64,000 nucleotides of DNA from Saccostrea cucullata (lineage: Eukaryota): positions 372,001-436,000 of the forward strand of contig NW_026937075.1 of the NCBI RefSeq assembly GCF_032062105.1, written 5' to 3'. Positions 26,520-39,526 of this stretch are shown here, one piece after another. Positions within the stretch are counted from its first letter, which is position 1; every line of letters starts with the position of its first letter. A program made the translations under genes and the position numbers. The notes under the pieces are model-generated. The model searched no databases and was not told the origin of the DNA. It saw only the letters and a list, made by a program, of their open reading frames with translations.

Positions 26520-27660
26520 CATGCAATTGACGGTTTCGTCGATGTAGTAATATTGTACAAATATGTAAACAATTATGGGACGAAATTGGGGGAGGGGGGT
26601 ATAGTAAAGGGGCAAGGATGAGAGAAAGGGTGGAAAAGTGAGATAATGGCGGGGGAGGGGTTAGTGGAGGGATACCGCAGAAAGAAAGGGAAAGGAAGAA
26701 TGTATCCCATGTTTATCTCCAATTGTATCTTTGTTGACTGAATTATAAGTCATCAAATTTTGTACTCTGCAATTTGTGCAGAACGGAAATAACGAACGTT
26801 TTCTCAGCAATTAATTGTTATTCCTTTTAGTTGTTGAATATTTTATATACATGTATATAGTACAGCTTCTGTTTACGATCAACATCATGTGATCTGCTTA
26901 TGAGATTTTAAAATAATATATATTGTTTATATTTTGCAAGTAGAAACAAAAATATAAGCAGGAAATGGTAGTGATCTTTCGGTTTATCTGTATATACCGG
27001 TATGCAAAGAGACTAGTAGAGTAAATTTCTGTTATTATATTTCGGGTCAAATGAAGACAAACAAAGGTCAGATTCAATTATTGATTTGAAAATATATTGG
27101 TCACAAATCAAAAGTAGTGAACATTCCATTTTACACATTAAGTCCACTAGTTTCAGGTTGATTTTCTCTGTTTTCATTTGTTACAAATACTCATGATTAA
27201 GGACATCGCCTCAAACCACGCAGTCCAGAGTCTGCTCAGCGCACTCTCCGGATATGGAGGGGCTCGTACATCTAGACCGTGGTTTGTGACGATAAACCAC
27301 GGGTGTGTGCTGTGATATATACAATTAAGTGGACTGTTTGGAGAGATTTCCTTTTTTTTGTTATTATTGGTATTAATAAAACATTTATTTTACATTACCA
27401 GTTTTTCTTTTGTTTTATTAAAATTGAGGAAGTGTACATTTTTTAAGGAATTAACCAATGATTAGTAGAGAGCCTCAGAGACAAGGATAGCCGGTATTTG
27501 GACGGTTATTAAAACATTTTTGTCAATAACTTAATTAGAATAGAATTAACAATGTTTTTCCATGCTTATGTGAACACGATATATCCTACTGAGCCTGAAA
27601 TAACAGATACAAATCAGTCTGACACACCTGTTTCATATTTTGATATTTTACTAGAAAAAG

Positions 27661-28370
27661 TCGCCCGCGTGGTACAGTGCCAGAGTCGCGGATCGAGTAA
27701 GGAGTGGATGTTGACGTCGCAGGTTCGAATCTCACCGTGGGATGTGGAGACCGTTCTTTCTGATGAGACCGTTTAAACAGACGTCCTTGTTGCAATAGGT
27801 GCTGTGACAAAAAAGATCCTTTACTGCTCACTTGCCCCGAGTACCGAACGTAGGTATTAGGGCTGGGCAATAATATCGATGTTTCAATATATTGCAATAC
27901 AATGACAGAAAGTATTGTATCGCAATACGATTTTCTAATATCGATATATTGGCAATATGCTAAGATTAAGGAATTTTGTCATTAAATATGAAAATGGACT
28001 TATGGAAGTTTGTTATTAAGCCAAACACTAACTAAGACAGAAGTTGTTTTGTGGGAACATTTCAGAGCATAACTTAAATGAAATCAACAAGATTTTTTTC
28101 CGTGTTGGTCACTTATCATAGTTATGTACATACTGCATGTAAATTAAAGTAAATAAAGTAAGAAAATGCCATTTAAATTTCATTGAAAATATTGCAATAC
28201 ATATCGCAATACAGTTAAAAATATCGCAATATATCGCAATACGAAATCTCGGGCCAATACCCAGCCCTAGTAGGTATAAAAAATTGCAGCTCTTCACTGT
28301 CAAGTGATGCGGTCTCCAACTCTCCATATGAGTGAACAATTTCGAGAGGGACTTACCACATACATACCAA
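27661..28370 (+). mobile_element. tRNA-derived V-type SINE (interrupted by a hAT MITE)
   Basis: A box TGGTACAGTG, B box GGTTCGAATC, core GATGAGACCGTTTAAACAGACGTCC and a (CATA)n tail. Flanked by the direct repeat ACTAGAAAA. Confidence 0.8.
27858..28269. mobile_element. hAT-type MITE, 8-bp TSD
   Basis: GTAGGTAT|TAGGGCTGGGCAAT ... AATACCCAGCCCTA|GTAGGTAT, with ATCGCAATA subterminal repeats. Confidence 0.92.
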
Positions 28371-29047
28371 AACTAGAAAAGACATTAATGGTAATCTAAC
28401 AAACATAGCTTTATGATAAATGTGATAACTTTAACTTCAGACAATCATCAAGTTATCCTTCCCTTACATTTTCCTATCACTTGCATACGGGCTTTATATT
28501 TCTCGGTTGATTTGATACGCACCTGATCCCACCACTGATGTGTTAGAAGCCCGTGTTCGCCCCGCTCCTGATTTATATTGTTTAATGGACTTTTGAGCTT
28601 GAATAGTGTTTCAAATTAAACAATATCAGGACCGTAGGATGACAGGGGAGGGGTTTCTCTGTTTAGAGTTTTGCTGTAGTTTTAATATGGAATTTTTCAA
28701 TAGACGCTGACCCCCTTCAAATTTTTGCACAAGAGTATCTATGCGTGAAGGATACAAAAAATATGAACAACATTCCCTACCATCCTGGAACCTGAAAGGG
28801 GGGAATAAAATTATCAAAATTAGTGCAATCTTTGAAAAAATATTTTCCTTTGCTCCTTAGTATCACTCAGTTGAATGTTGGATGTTGGCATAATTATAAG
28901 AATAGAGTCCTATACCAAAGTATACATATTCATGGCTCAAGGATGAGGGGTACTGGTGGTATGGCGGGCTCAAATGACCATACAGTGAAAATGCACAAAT
29001 TCTTTAAAAATATTCTTTGTCCTTTCTTACTACTCAGTAATCAGATA

Positions 29048-29270
29048 GTCGCCCGGATGACACAGTGGTTGAAGTGTCTGCTAAATTAGAGTCGCAAAGT
29101 TAGGAACTGGCCTGATCATTACGTCATGGGTTCGAATCCAATGTGGGATGATGAGACTGGTTCTTCGGTTGAGACTGCAAAATCGAGGTCCAGTGTGTCA
29201 GTACATGTAGGTGCTCACACCAAAAAAAATCCCTCACTGCTCAGTGGCCCTGAGTACCAAGTTATGGCAC
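29048..29270 (+). mobile_element. tRNA-derived V-type SINE, 3' truncated
   Basis: GTCGCCCGGATGACACAGTGG, B box GGTTCGAATCC and core GAGACTGCAAAATCGAGGTCC..CCCTCACTGCTCAGTGGCCCTGAGTACC. Confidence 0.75.
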
Positions 29271-30466
29271 GCCAAATTCACAAAAATGAGCTAAACGTAG
29301 TTTCACAGTTGATAAACTAAGTTTATCGACTGTAAACTATAGTTTACAAACCGTGAACTATAGTTAACAATTCGTTAACTATAGTTTTCTTCTGTAAAGT
29401 AAAGATTTCTTTTACTTTGTGTTTATGCTAGGTTATAATCGTTGATTAGGGCATTTGTACTAGTATCCTCGTATTTCTTAATTGCCAGTTTTCACTGTGG
29501 AAACTGCATGTGTAAACCATTAAGGTTTGAAGCTTGAGTCAGTGAGATGACATGTTTGTTTATGCACTGAAATTATCTTGGATGCTAAAACGGTGGTGCT
29601 TATTGTTTTTATGAGGTTTATGTGTTCTTTTTAGTTAGTATGTCATGTTGCCTTTCTGACTTGGATTCATTTTCTTATTTATAACATATTAGCACAACTG
29701 AGGATACAACATACCCCTAAAGTAGGTCACAAGGACTTGCCTTCTTCTAGCTTGGTTTATAGCATTTCCCATTTTGGATAATATATATTTCCACTGTAAG
29801 GTTTGGATATTGGACCTTGTTTTAAGTAGGATCAAGGGGATATTGTATTTATTTATCACGTTATAGGTCACAATGACCTGTTTATTATGCCATCTGAGAT
29901 ACTATCATAGCAAGGCCTTATTGATCATTGACAGTTGATACATTTGAGGACATTAGGTTTTATGCTTTAGCTGCATTCATTAAATTGGTTTCCTAATGAT
30001 GGCAGTTTATAATATGCTTACCCATATGTTTAATTTGTTCATATGACATTTCAGAGGTCAGTGTAACAGTCAAATTGTTACTAAGGTCACTGTGACCTTC
30101 AGAAATACATGTTTATGAAGAAACAGTCCTCGTATTTTGATTTACTTTGAACTAGAGGCCAATTTCATTTGTTAAACAAGTATCAATGTTGTTTGTTTTA
30201 TGTCCCTTCAAGAATATTTCACTCATATTGAGACACCACCACTTGCTGGTGTACAGCTGAAAATTTTTATCTGCACTCGGCATTCAGCGCCACTGAGCAG
30301 TGATAGCTGATCTTTTTGTTCCAGCACCTACTGCAACATGGGACCTATATTCATACAGTCTCATTCTTTACATCCCACTTTGGGATTTGAACATGTTTCT
30401 TATAAAGATATATGGATGCATGTATTGAAAATGTATAGTGGTTTAATGCACTCCCTTAAAACTCCC

Positions 30467-31258
30467 CAGTGCTAGCCAGTACTGGGATGGTGGGAGAGGT
30501 TGTGAGACTTGCAGTGCTACCCAGTATTGGGATGGTGGGAGGGGTTGTGAGACTTGCAGTGCTACCCAGTATTGGGATGGTGGGAGGGGTTGTGAGACTT
30601 GCAGTGCTACCCAGTATTGGGAGATGGTGGGAGGGGTTGTGAGACTTGCAGTGCTAGCCAGTATTGGGATGGTGGGATGGGTTGTGAGACTTGCAGTGCT
30701 AGCCAGTATTGGGATGGTGGGAGGGGTTGTGAGACTTGCAGTGCTAGCCAGTATTGGGATGGTGGGAGGGGTTGTGAGACTTGCAGTGCTAGCCAGTATT
30801 GGGATGGTGGGAGGGTTGTGAGACTTGCAGTGCTACCCAGTATTGGGATGGTGGGAGGGGTTGTGAGACTTGCAGTGCTAGCCAGTATTGGGATGGTGGG
30901 AGGGGTTGTGAGACTTGCAGTGCTAGCCAGTATTGGGATGGTGGGAGGGGTTGTGAGACTTGCAGTGCTAGCCAGTATTGGGATGGTGGGAGGGGTTGTG
31001 AGACTTGCAGTGCTAGCCAGTATTGGGATGGTGGGAGGGGTTGTGAGACTTGCAGTGCTAGCCAGTATTGGGATGGTGGGAGGGGTTGTGAGACTTGCAG
31101 TGCTAGGTGGGAGGGGTTGTGAGACTTGCAGTGCTAGCCAGTATTGGGATGGTGGGAGGGGTTGTGAGACTTGCAGTGCTAGCCAGTATTGGGATGGTGG
31201 GAGGGGTTGTGAGACTTGCAGTGCTACCCAGTATTGGGATAGTGGGAGGGTTGTGAGA
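30467..31258 (+). repeat. G-rich minisatellite, 45-bp unit, ~17 copies
   Basis: Unit GCAGTGCTAGCCAGTATTGGGATGGTGGGAGGGGTTGTGAGACTT. Confidence 0.97.
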
Positions 31259-32059
31259 GGATGTGAGGTACAATGTAACAGCATCATTTTGGAAAGGACA
31301 TGGGGCTTTGCTTCCTGCCACATTAAGGAACTACACCAGTACATGTCATTGAAAAAAGTCAAGTAGCTGCCTGTTGAGCATTTGTTTTGTGCATCTGTTG
31401 CAATAATGGGTAGGGGTCTTGCATTTGGGGAAGCTAATTAAGTGTTAATATTACAGATTTCTATGAGTAATTGTTGGAGTATTGCATATACATGTACCTT
31501 AAAACTATTAGTCATGATTATATAAGGCTGATTTCTTTGAGGACTGTTAGGTACATTTGCTATGGGATTATGTTGTATATTCTGGTTTTTTGGAAATGTA
31601 ACGTAGTAGTTTCCCCAAATTTTTTTAATTGCCAGTTTCCAATTTGACAATTGTGTAAACCATTAAGGTTTGAAGCCTGAGTCAGTGAGATGACATGTTT
31701 ATGCACTGAAATTTTCTTGGATACTGAAACGGTGTGTGCTTATTAATTGTTTTACAGGATTTATGTGTTCTTGAAAATTTTTAGTCAGCATTAATTATGT
31801 TGTCTTTCTGACATGGGTTCATACTCCTTATTCATACCATATCAAAGTGAGTAACAGACCCCTAAAGTAGGTCACAAGGACTTACCAATTTCTACAATTG
31901 GTTACAGAATGACCTATCACACTTTAGAATACATGTACATGTATGCTTATACCTATGAATAATGTGTAATTTGTTCAAATTTGATATTTTGAAGGTGGGT
32001 TATAGGCATTCCTTTTTTTTCATGCAGAATAAAGAATTTGACCAATCGGCTGGTAGATA

Positions 32060-33255
32060 CAATATGAGAATGTGGGGTATAATATGTATGTAGCGCAGCC
32101 AATATGGAGGGGAGGGTTGTAAGGGGATGTGGGTACAATATTATGTAGCACAAACAATATGGATGGAGGGTTGTAAGGGAATGTGGGATACAATATGAAG
32201 CACAGCTAATATGGAGGGGAGGGTTGTGATGTACAATGTATGGTATGTAGCACAGCCAATATGGAGGAAGGGTTGTGAGGAGATGTGGGGAACAATATGT
32301 ATGTAGCAGTGTCGGCCAATATAGAGGGAGGATTGTGAGGGGATGTGGGGTACAATATGTATGTAACACAGCCAATATGGAGGAAGGGTTGTGAGGAGAT
32401 GTGGGGTACAATATGTATGTAGCAGTGTCGGCCAATATAAAGGGAGGGTTGTGAGGAGATGTGGGGTACAATATGTATGTAACACAGCCAATATAAAGGG
32501 AGGGTTGTGAGGAGATGTGGGGTACAATATGTATGTAACACAGCCAATATGGAGGGAGGGTTGTGAGGGGATGTGGGGTACAATATGTATGTAACACAGA
32601 CAATATGGAGGGAGGGTTGTGAGGAGATGTGGGGTACAATATGTATGTAACACAGCCAATATGGAGGAAGGGTTGTGAGGACATGTGGGGTACAATATGT
32701 ATGTAGCAGTGTCGGCCAATATAAAGGGAGGGCTGTGAGGAGATGTGGGGTACAATATGTATGTAACACAGCCAATATAAAGGGAGGGTTGTGAGGAGAT
32801 GTGGGGTACAATATGTATGTAGCAGTGTCGGCCAATATAAAGTGAGGATTGTGAGGGGATGTGGGGTACAATATGTATGTAACACAGCCAATATGGATGA
32901 AGGGTTGTGAGGACATGTGGGGTACAATATGTATGTAGCAGTGTCGGCCAATATAAAGGGAGGGTTGTGAGGAGATGTGGGGTACAATATGTATGTAACA
33001 CAGCCAATATGGAGGAAGGGTTGTGAGGAGATGTGGGGTACAATATGTATGTAGCAGTGTCGGCCAATATAAAGGGAGGGCTGTGAGGGGATGTTGGGTA
33101 CAATATGTATGTAACACAGCCAATTTGGAGGGAGGGTTGTGAGGTACAATATGTATGTAGCACAGGCAATATTGAGGGAAGGTTATGAGGGGATGTGGGG
33201 TATAATATGTATGTAGCAGTGTCAGTCATCATGTAGGGAGGGTTTTGAGAGGTAT
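32060..33255 (+). repeat. G-rich minisatellite, interspersed 56- and 60-bp unit variants, ~20 copies
   Basis: GTGGGGTACAATATGTATGT-(AACACA|AGCAGTGTCG)-GCCAATAT(GG|AA)AGGGAGGGTTGTGAGGAGAT. Confidence 0.97.
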
Positions 33256-35269
33256 AATACCTACAGCAGCTCTTTAATGCTCAAGGGTGGGAGCTCGTTA
33301 ATGATTAGCAAACTTTCTTGTTAGCAAAAATTAATTGAAATATGTATTGCACATTTTTGAAGCTAAGTTTGATTTATTTGACTAACTCTGTATTTTAAAT
33401 AATAAATTTTTAATGTTCTTTCCAATAAGGCATTACACATTATGATAGAATTTAAAAGGGCTAGCATTTATTTTGTATATAATTTGTGATATTTAAAATG
33501 TGTAATTTATGTTTTTAATATGCATATTTACATAATTTCTGTGCATCATGTCAGAAGGATCTTTATCAAGTACTTTTGAAAAAGGGATTCTTGTGTGGTT
33601 TTTGAAATATCAAATGAAAATTCAAAGTATATTTGAATAACTAGGAGAAGAAATGATAAACTAGCTGAGTTTGATAAACTGGGGCAATTGAAAATATCTC
33701 TTAATTCTGCTTCTTAAAAACTATAGAACAAAGAATTGATATAAAATTTTGAAACAATGAAAGACTAACAGAAATTTCTGAAGTTAATAACTATGGAGTG
33801 GAGTTTTAAAATGTATTAAAATAAAGAAGGTTTCCTAAACAAAGTATAAACTTGATAGCATCAAAAATCTTTGAGAAAAAATGGTAAAAAGTGATTTCTC
33901 ACTCTTATAAATGATCAATATTTTTTGATGATGGTATCATTTTGTATCTTCAACATATGTGAAAATAAGAATTTTTAAAATCTTTTAGTGTTTGTTATAT
34001 ATTGTTATATTGTGTTCTTCAATCTATCAAAATGTCATTAATTTTAAATATGATAAGAAGAATCCGGCCCTTATTATTATTATGTAGCTTTTGTAGAATG
34101 AAAAAAAATTGGCAGTATATTGTGTATAATTATTAATTATGGTTAACTGTAAGATAATGTAATTTTCAATAATGTACAGTATTATGTTTATAAACTATGT
34201 GATATAGTAAAATAGGATATCATATTTTTTATTTGTTAAGTTTTTCTAATATATTTTCTTGGATAACTTCTTCGTTCAAAAGGCAGTTTGAGCACCAACC
34301 CCCAACCCCCTTAAAAAAGATATTGGCTCTGCATGTATTGGTCTGTCGGTATCAAATAGAAATCCACCTAATACATTAATTAACACCTGAGGCTGACAGA
34401 CATCTTATGGAGTAGATGGCCTCTCTCATAACTCTGTCCCAAATTGCTCGATCATACCCAAAACACATGTTGACCAAGATATGCATATGATAAATCTGTA
34501 TACCAAATTTCATTTCAGTATGTTTAACCTCTGCAAAGAAAATGAAAGGAAACTGAAAGTACTGTATAATCCCTATTAACCACACCTGCCCCTACAAGCG
34601 CCCCCTTAGGTATTGTTCATTTGTCAGGAAATAAGGGCCCCCTGTAGAGTGATTAGAATCAACAAGAATCGTATCCAAAAATTGAAGAAAGTGAAAATGA
34701 AACTTGTTTCTTATCCAATTTCTCAGTGGAAAATGAATAACTTAGCATAATTTTGGTAGATTATCTTCACTTTAAGTAAATTTAGACAGTACAATGTATT
34801 AAAGTGGTGTCTTGTACGTATTTATTTTTATTTTCAGAAGATTTTTTGAAGTTGAAATATGACATTAAATATCGTAAGGAGAATACCAAAATAACCGCCC
34901 CCTTTTTGCAATTTTCTAACCGCCCGGGGCGGTTAATAGGGATTATACGATAATTGGAATTTTTCCAAGTCCAAGGGGCCAAAAATGGCTCGACTGTACC
35001 AAAAACAAAATTTGACTTAGATGTTCTTATGATAAATCTGTTTCACAGGGTGACAATTACTTGTTTTTATTTTATTTAGTATAATTATATAGAACAGCTG
35101 TTATAGTAAGTTAATGTAGTAGGTAAGACAGCTGTTACAGTAGTAAATTCCGTTCTCATTCATTCATACCTGGTCATTCATTGTCATCGTGTTTGTATTG
35201 TATTCTTGTTTGTCCCGTGTTCAGTGTCACGTGAGTATTTGGTTGACACATGATTGTCTTGTGGTCTAC

Positions 35270-35770
35270 AATGAAGCGCATTGAAGTGGTAAAATTTTCC
35301 GTTTGGATGGAACGTTTTGAGCTATCGTTAGACACGCCCAATTCTTTAGAAAGTCAAAATCGGCCAGATGATTCAATCGAATACCTGTAGAACATGTTTT
35401 CCATAAATGTAATAGCCAATCAAATTGACGGTCTATATAAACACCGAGTAAGCACGTGTTCCACTGATCCATGTGCTATGCTAACTCCAATAAGCATAAT
35501 AAAATCATAATTATGTACAAAATCGCTGCAATGCATGTTTTACAGAAGCGGAGACTCTATATATAGCTCTTTCTCATTTAAAAATCTTCTTTTCAGTGTA
35601 ATTCATGTTGTTTGTCGCGGAAAGTGGAGTGTCCTATAACATTACGACGAATATTTCTTTCTCGTTTCTAAAGAAATGGGCGTGTCGTTATGTTATAATT
35701 GACGTTCAAAACATGACTCAGAACGTTTCATCCAAATGGAAAATTTTACCACTTCAATGAGCTTAATTGT
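35270..35770. mobile_element. MITE with ~50-bp TIRs nested in older repeats
   Basis: CATTGAAGTGGTAAAATTTTCCGTTTGGATGGAACGTT ... AACGTTTCATCCAAATGGAAAATTTTACCACTTCAATG. Confidence 0.8.
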
Positions 35771-36550
35771 ATCATTATCCTGGGTCTGAGTTATGTATGG
35801 GGTGTGGTAGTTATGTAAGCATGTGTGAGTCCTGGTATAAATACTTATCCAAGGACTATTCCTTTTTAATCTTGGCGATACATTTAAAAGTTGGAGGTTC
35901 TCCTGCAAGAAATCTATGTTAGCAGTTGATCTAAGAAATTCCTTACAAAATCTTAGTGCCTTGCCATGACTGTAAGAATAAATTAATATTAATACTGATT
36001 TTAAACTATTGAAATTAAATAAATATTGTGTGTGAATTTGTACGAGTGTGTCATTTCCATTTCAGGTCACCTTCATTTATATTTCATTTATACCTCATTT
36101 ATTTCATTGTTCCTGCAAATTGTCAATAATAAAATGAAATATTTGAACCTACATTGAGAAATTGTGTTATCATTTCCTAAGAATTGGAAGACCCCATGAC
36201 ATCTGTAAACCAAGTTTCATTTCAGTATGTGCAACCGTTGTGAATAAAATGAATGGAAACTGTTGGTGGACTGATTGACTGACTGACCTACAGACAGACA
36301 GACAGCAGCAAAACAATATGTCCTCGCTTCTTCGAAGGGGGGCAAGAAAAAAGTCTTTTCCTTTGCTCCTTCATAGAAGGCAGTTGAATTGTTGGCAAGA
36401 TTACAATAAACACTGAATGCTCTTCAAAAATTATCAATTTCCATGGCCCAAGGATCAGAATACCAATGGTATGGCAAGACTCTAATGATTACGTAGTGAA
36501 TGCTTTAATTCTTTAAAAATATTCTCTGCTCTTGTTTACAAATCAGATAG

Positions 36551-36835
36551 TTTCCTGCATCATTCAGTGGTTAGAGCATCTGCTCTAGAGATGCAAATTA
36601 AGGGACTGATCCTATGTTGTGAGTTTGAATCCACTGTGGGATTTGGAGACTGGCTTTTCGGATGAGAATGTTTAAACTGAGGTCGCTCAGTTGCACAACT
36701 GTTGCAGTAGGTGCTGGTATGAAAAAAAAAACCTCACTGCTCAATGGCCCAAAGTACCGAGGATAGGCATAAATTTGCAGTCCTCCACTGGCAAGTGTTG
36801 GCATAAGTGTAAAAGTGTAAAAGGACATTAAATAA
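36551..36835 (+). mobile_element. tRNA-derived V-type SINE
   Basis: TCAGTGGTTAGAGC A box, GTTTGAATCC B box and core TCGGATGAGAATGTTTAAACTGAGGTC. Confidence 0.75.
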
Positions 36836-36908
36836 CATGCAATGAAACTAATAAGAAAATCTAGATGCATGGTTATGAGCAAGAGTGCCTCTCAAAATTA
36901 TGCAATTT

Positions 36909-37309
36909 CAGACCTGTTTACCCATAACGCTGTCTCTCAGTATTTTTTATTAGATTTTTCCATGAGATTTGGCATTTGCCAGTAAGATCTCACTTTCCAT
37001 CGATTTTAAATATATTAAAAGAGAAAAACTGCTTTTCTGATTACAAAAACATGGTTTAACAACAAGGTCTTTGTCATTTAATAATACCACAGCGTTTTGG
37101 CAACCTGACATCGCTTATGTGTTTGAAATCTTTCTCTTGTTTAGCGACAAAAAGGGTTAAACTAAGACATATCATAACGAAAACTAACTGTTAAATTCCA
37201 AACTAATGTATTTCCGATTTCCGTATTTTCATAATGGCAAAACGTGAGACGCATTTTAGACTAAAAATCCGTACAAAATACGGCGAAATCGTAAGAGTAA
37301 ACAGGTCTG
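36909..37309. mobile_element. MITE with 6-bp TSD
   Basis: CAATTT|CAGACCTGTTTAC ... GTAAACAGGTCTG|CAATTT. Confidence 0.85.
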
Positions 37310-37642
37310 CAATTTGTGGAGGGACAGGGTTCTGGTGTTATGTGGACCCTATTGATCATACATGTATAGTGATCATGACCTTGAAAAACGTCATCTCTGC
37401 TCCTCGCTATTATTGAACCAAACTATCACACTGCAGTTCTGTAGCTAGGGTTCTTGTGTTAGGGCCTCTATGATTTGACTTTGAAGAGTCCTATTCAAAA
37501 ATAAGGAGACTCCACCATAAACCGGTAGCTGCAGAACTGTAGTTCTGCAAGAAAAAAATATTTTGACAGACTGGTCTGTCTATATTTTTTTTTCGGAGAG
37601 CTACCCCAGTTCAGCAGCTACATATACCGTTATAAAGAGCTT

Positions 37643-39273
37643 CACTGTAAAAATTGTGTTTAGGATTGAAACACTTCCATGACGTGTTTAGATCTAAACA
37701 TGTATAGAAATATGTTTAACAACTAAACACTTATGTCTAAACATGTTTTATATCTAAACGTGTTTAGAAATTAAACACGTTCTGCTGTAAAATGCAGAGT
37801 TATCTTCCCGGAAATGACACAAATACTCGTATATTTGAACGTTAATTTGAGCGGCCATCGAAACGAAGTAAATCACAAAAGGCTTAAGGGACGTATCACG
37901 GAGAGATACTGACAACCCAACGGATAACCATGAAGACATATTGAAAATCATTTGAAAGGCATCTTTTTACTGCAATATATTAAAGGTATGTTTTCTTTTT
38001 ATTAAGATTTGCATTATTAAACCACGATGAGCAATGTAAACAATGCCTTTGAGGTCGTTTATAGACTTGTAGGAAAGGAGGTTATATTGAATTTCATTAA
38101 AAATAACTATTTTAATTTAAGTATAGTTCCAATGCAACTTGAAAAACTGATGTCATCTTCAATGGGCAGCATAGTACTTTTACTTAAATCTGACTTTCTT
38201 TCCTACAGGTTATGTGAGTAGTCCGGATTGAACTCCAAGCATGTATGTATCAAAGTACTGGTACCTGCATCTGTGCATGGCGTCATCTTCAAGTTCAAAT
38301 TGTTGTTCCGTGATCAACACTAAGAAACGTATTTCTATGAAGTGTATTGGGTTACCCTTAATTCGACAATGTTCGGTGGATTTGAATACATGTACCTAAA
38401 ATTATCATTTTGTGATTATCCTTGTGCATTTGATATGGATTACTTTTCGGCAGTTTAATACTGACGGGATATTATACCGGTATCATGTGGTGCTAAGTAG
38501 TGCTTTAGGACTGCTGAAAGTGAATCAAGTTTGACATTTTGATGACTGACATATGGAACACTCTGCAACCGGTTAACACTGTAATTAATCATATGCAAAA
38601 TATTATATAAAATAAATATTTTTTTAATTTTAATTGAAATATCTTTAATAATACATTATTAAAAAGATTAAAGGAAGTTTTGATATAAAATTGCTAGCTT
38701 ATTTTATTTTTGTTGCTCATCCCTGCGTTATAAACATATTGTGTGTCATGCTGATTGAATTTATAGAGATCAAAGTATTAAATTTGTGTAAAAAAGAACA
38801 TCACACAATTGTAAAGCATCTACATATCTAAACTATCAGAGGCCTTATGATGAATATTTTATATCGGTTAATATTTTTAAAATTTTGACAATATTATGTA
38901 TATTAAGCGATATGCCCTTTGTGCCAAAATTTACAAGTGTTTATATTTTTTCTGCAGTTACACTTGTTTTAATATGTTAAATCTAGATATGTTTAATTTC
39001 TAAGCACATAATTAAGAAATATGTTTAAAATTCAAACACTTATATAAGCAGATTTTTTTGTCACCTTCTTTTTTATAAGTTTAATTCCTAAACATGTAAA
39101 ATTTCTAAACATGTATGAGAAAGTGTTTTTAATCTAAACACTTATGTGCTTCCATTCTAAACACTTTCTCATACGTGGAAACTAAACATGTTTAGGAATT
39201 AAACATATAAAAAAGAAGGTGACAAAAAAGTGTTTAGAAAAGTGTTTGAATTCTAAACACATTTCTTACAGTG
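37643..39273. mobile_element. Non-autonomous EnSpm/CACTA-type (CACTG) transposon, 1.63 kb
   Basis: TT|CACTGTAAAAATTGTGTTTAG ... CTAAACACATTTCTTACAGTG|TT (2-bp TSD), with many TAAACA/TGTTTA subterminal repeats at both ends. Confidence 0.85.
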
Positions 39274-39289
39274 TTCTTATTGGGACCTT

Positions 39290-39526
39290 TACTCGGCACA
39301 TAAAGCCATTGAGCATTACGAGATCTTTATGGTGCCAATGCCTGCCCTGAAATGGGGCCTGTTTTTAAGATCTTGTCTTATGCGTCCGACTTTCACTTCA
39401 AAGTACCCAGTGCTTGACGAAGAAGCTGTGGCTTTTTTTTTTAACAACTTACGTCAATCGGGGCCTAGATTCGAACTTACAACCTTCCCATCATAAAGCA
39501 AGCATGCTCTACTGACTGAGCTACCT
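39290..39526 (-). mobile_element. tRNA-derived SINE, degenerate, reverse orientation
   Basis: The minus strand has GTAGCTCAGTCAGTAGAGCA (A box) and GTTCGAATC (B box) followed by a degenerate body. Confidence 0.6.

Larger units (their letters stand above)
27570..28520 (+). mobile_element. Penelope-like RT fragment split by a SINE insertion
   Basis: IYPTEPEITDTNQSDTPVSYFDILLEK | DINGNLT..LYDKCDNFNF..AYGLYISRLI reads continuously once 27661-28370 is removed. Confidence 0.7.

Noticed and set aside
30599-31366. Long Cys-rich/hydrophobic repetitive ORFs (GCETCSASQYWDGGR)n on both strands
   Set aside because: By-product of a 45-bp minisatellite. The unit is stop-free in several frames, frames shift with indels and there are no splice signals.
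31953-33232. 300-400-aa His/Pro/Tyr-rich ORFs in three minus frames
   Set aside because: All three frames are open because the 56/60-bp unit has no minus-strand stop. The 56-bp unit is not a multiple of 3, so there is no coding constraint.
30467-33255. CRISPR-like appearance of regularly spaced repeats
   Set aside because: Units are contiguous with no unique spacers, there are no cas genes and the context is eukaryotic.
33540-33900. Possible L1/Tx1 LINE 3' remnant (KYI.ITRRRN..FEKKW-like)
   Set aside because: Too degraded (many stops) to support without a profile search.
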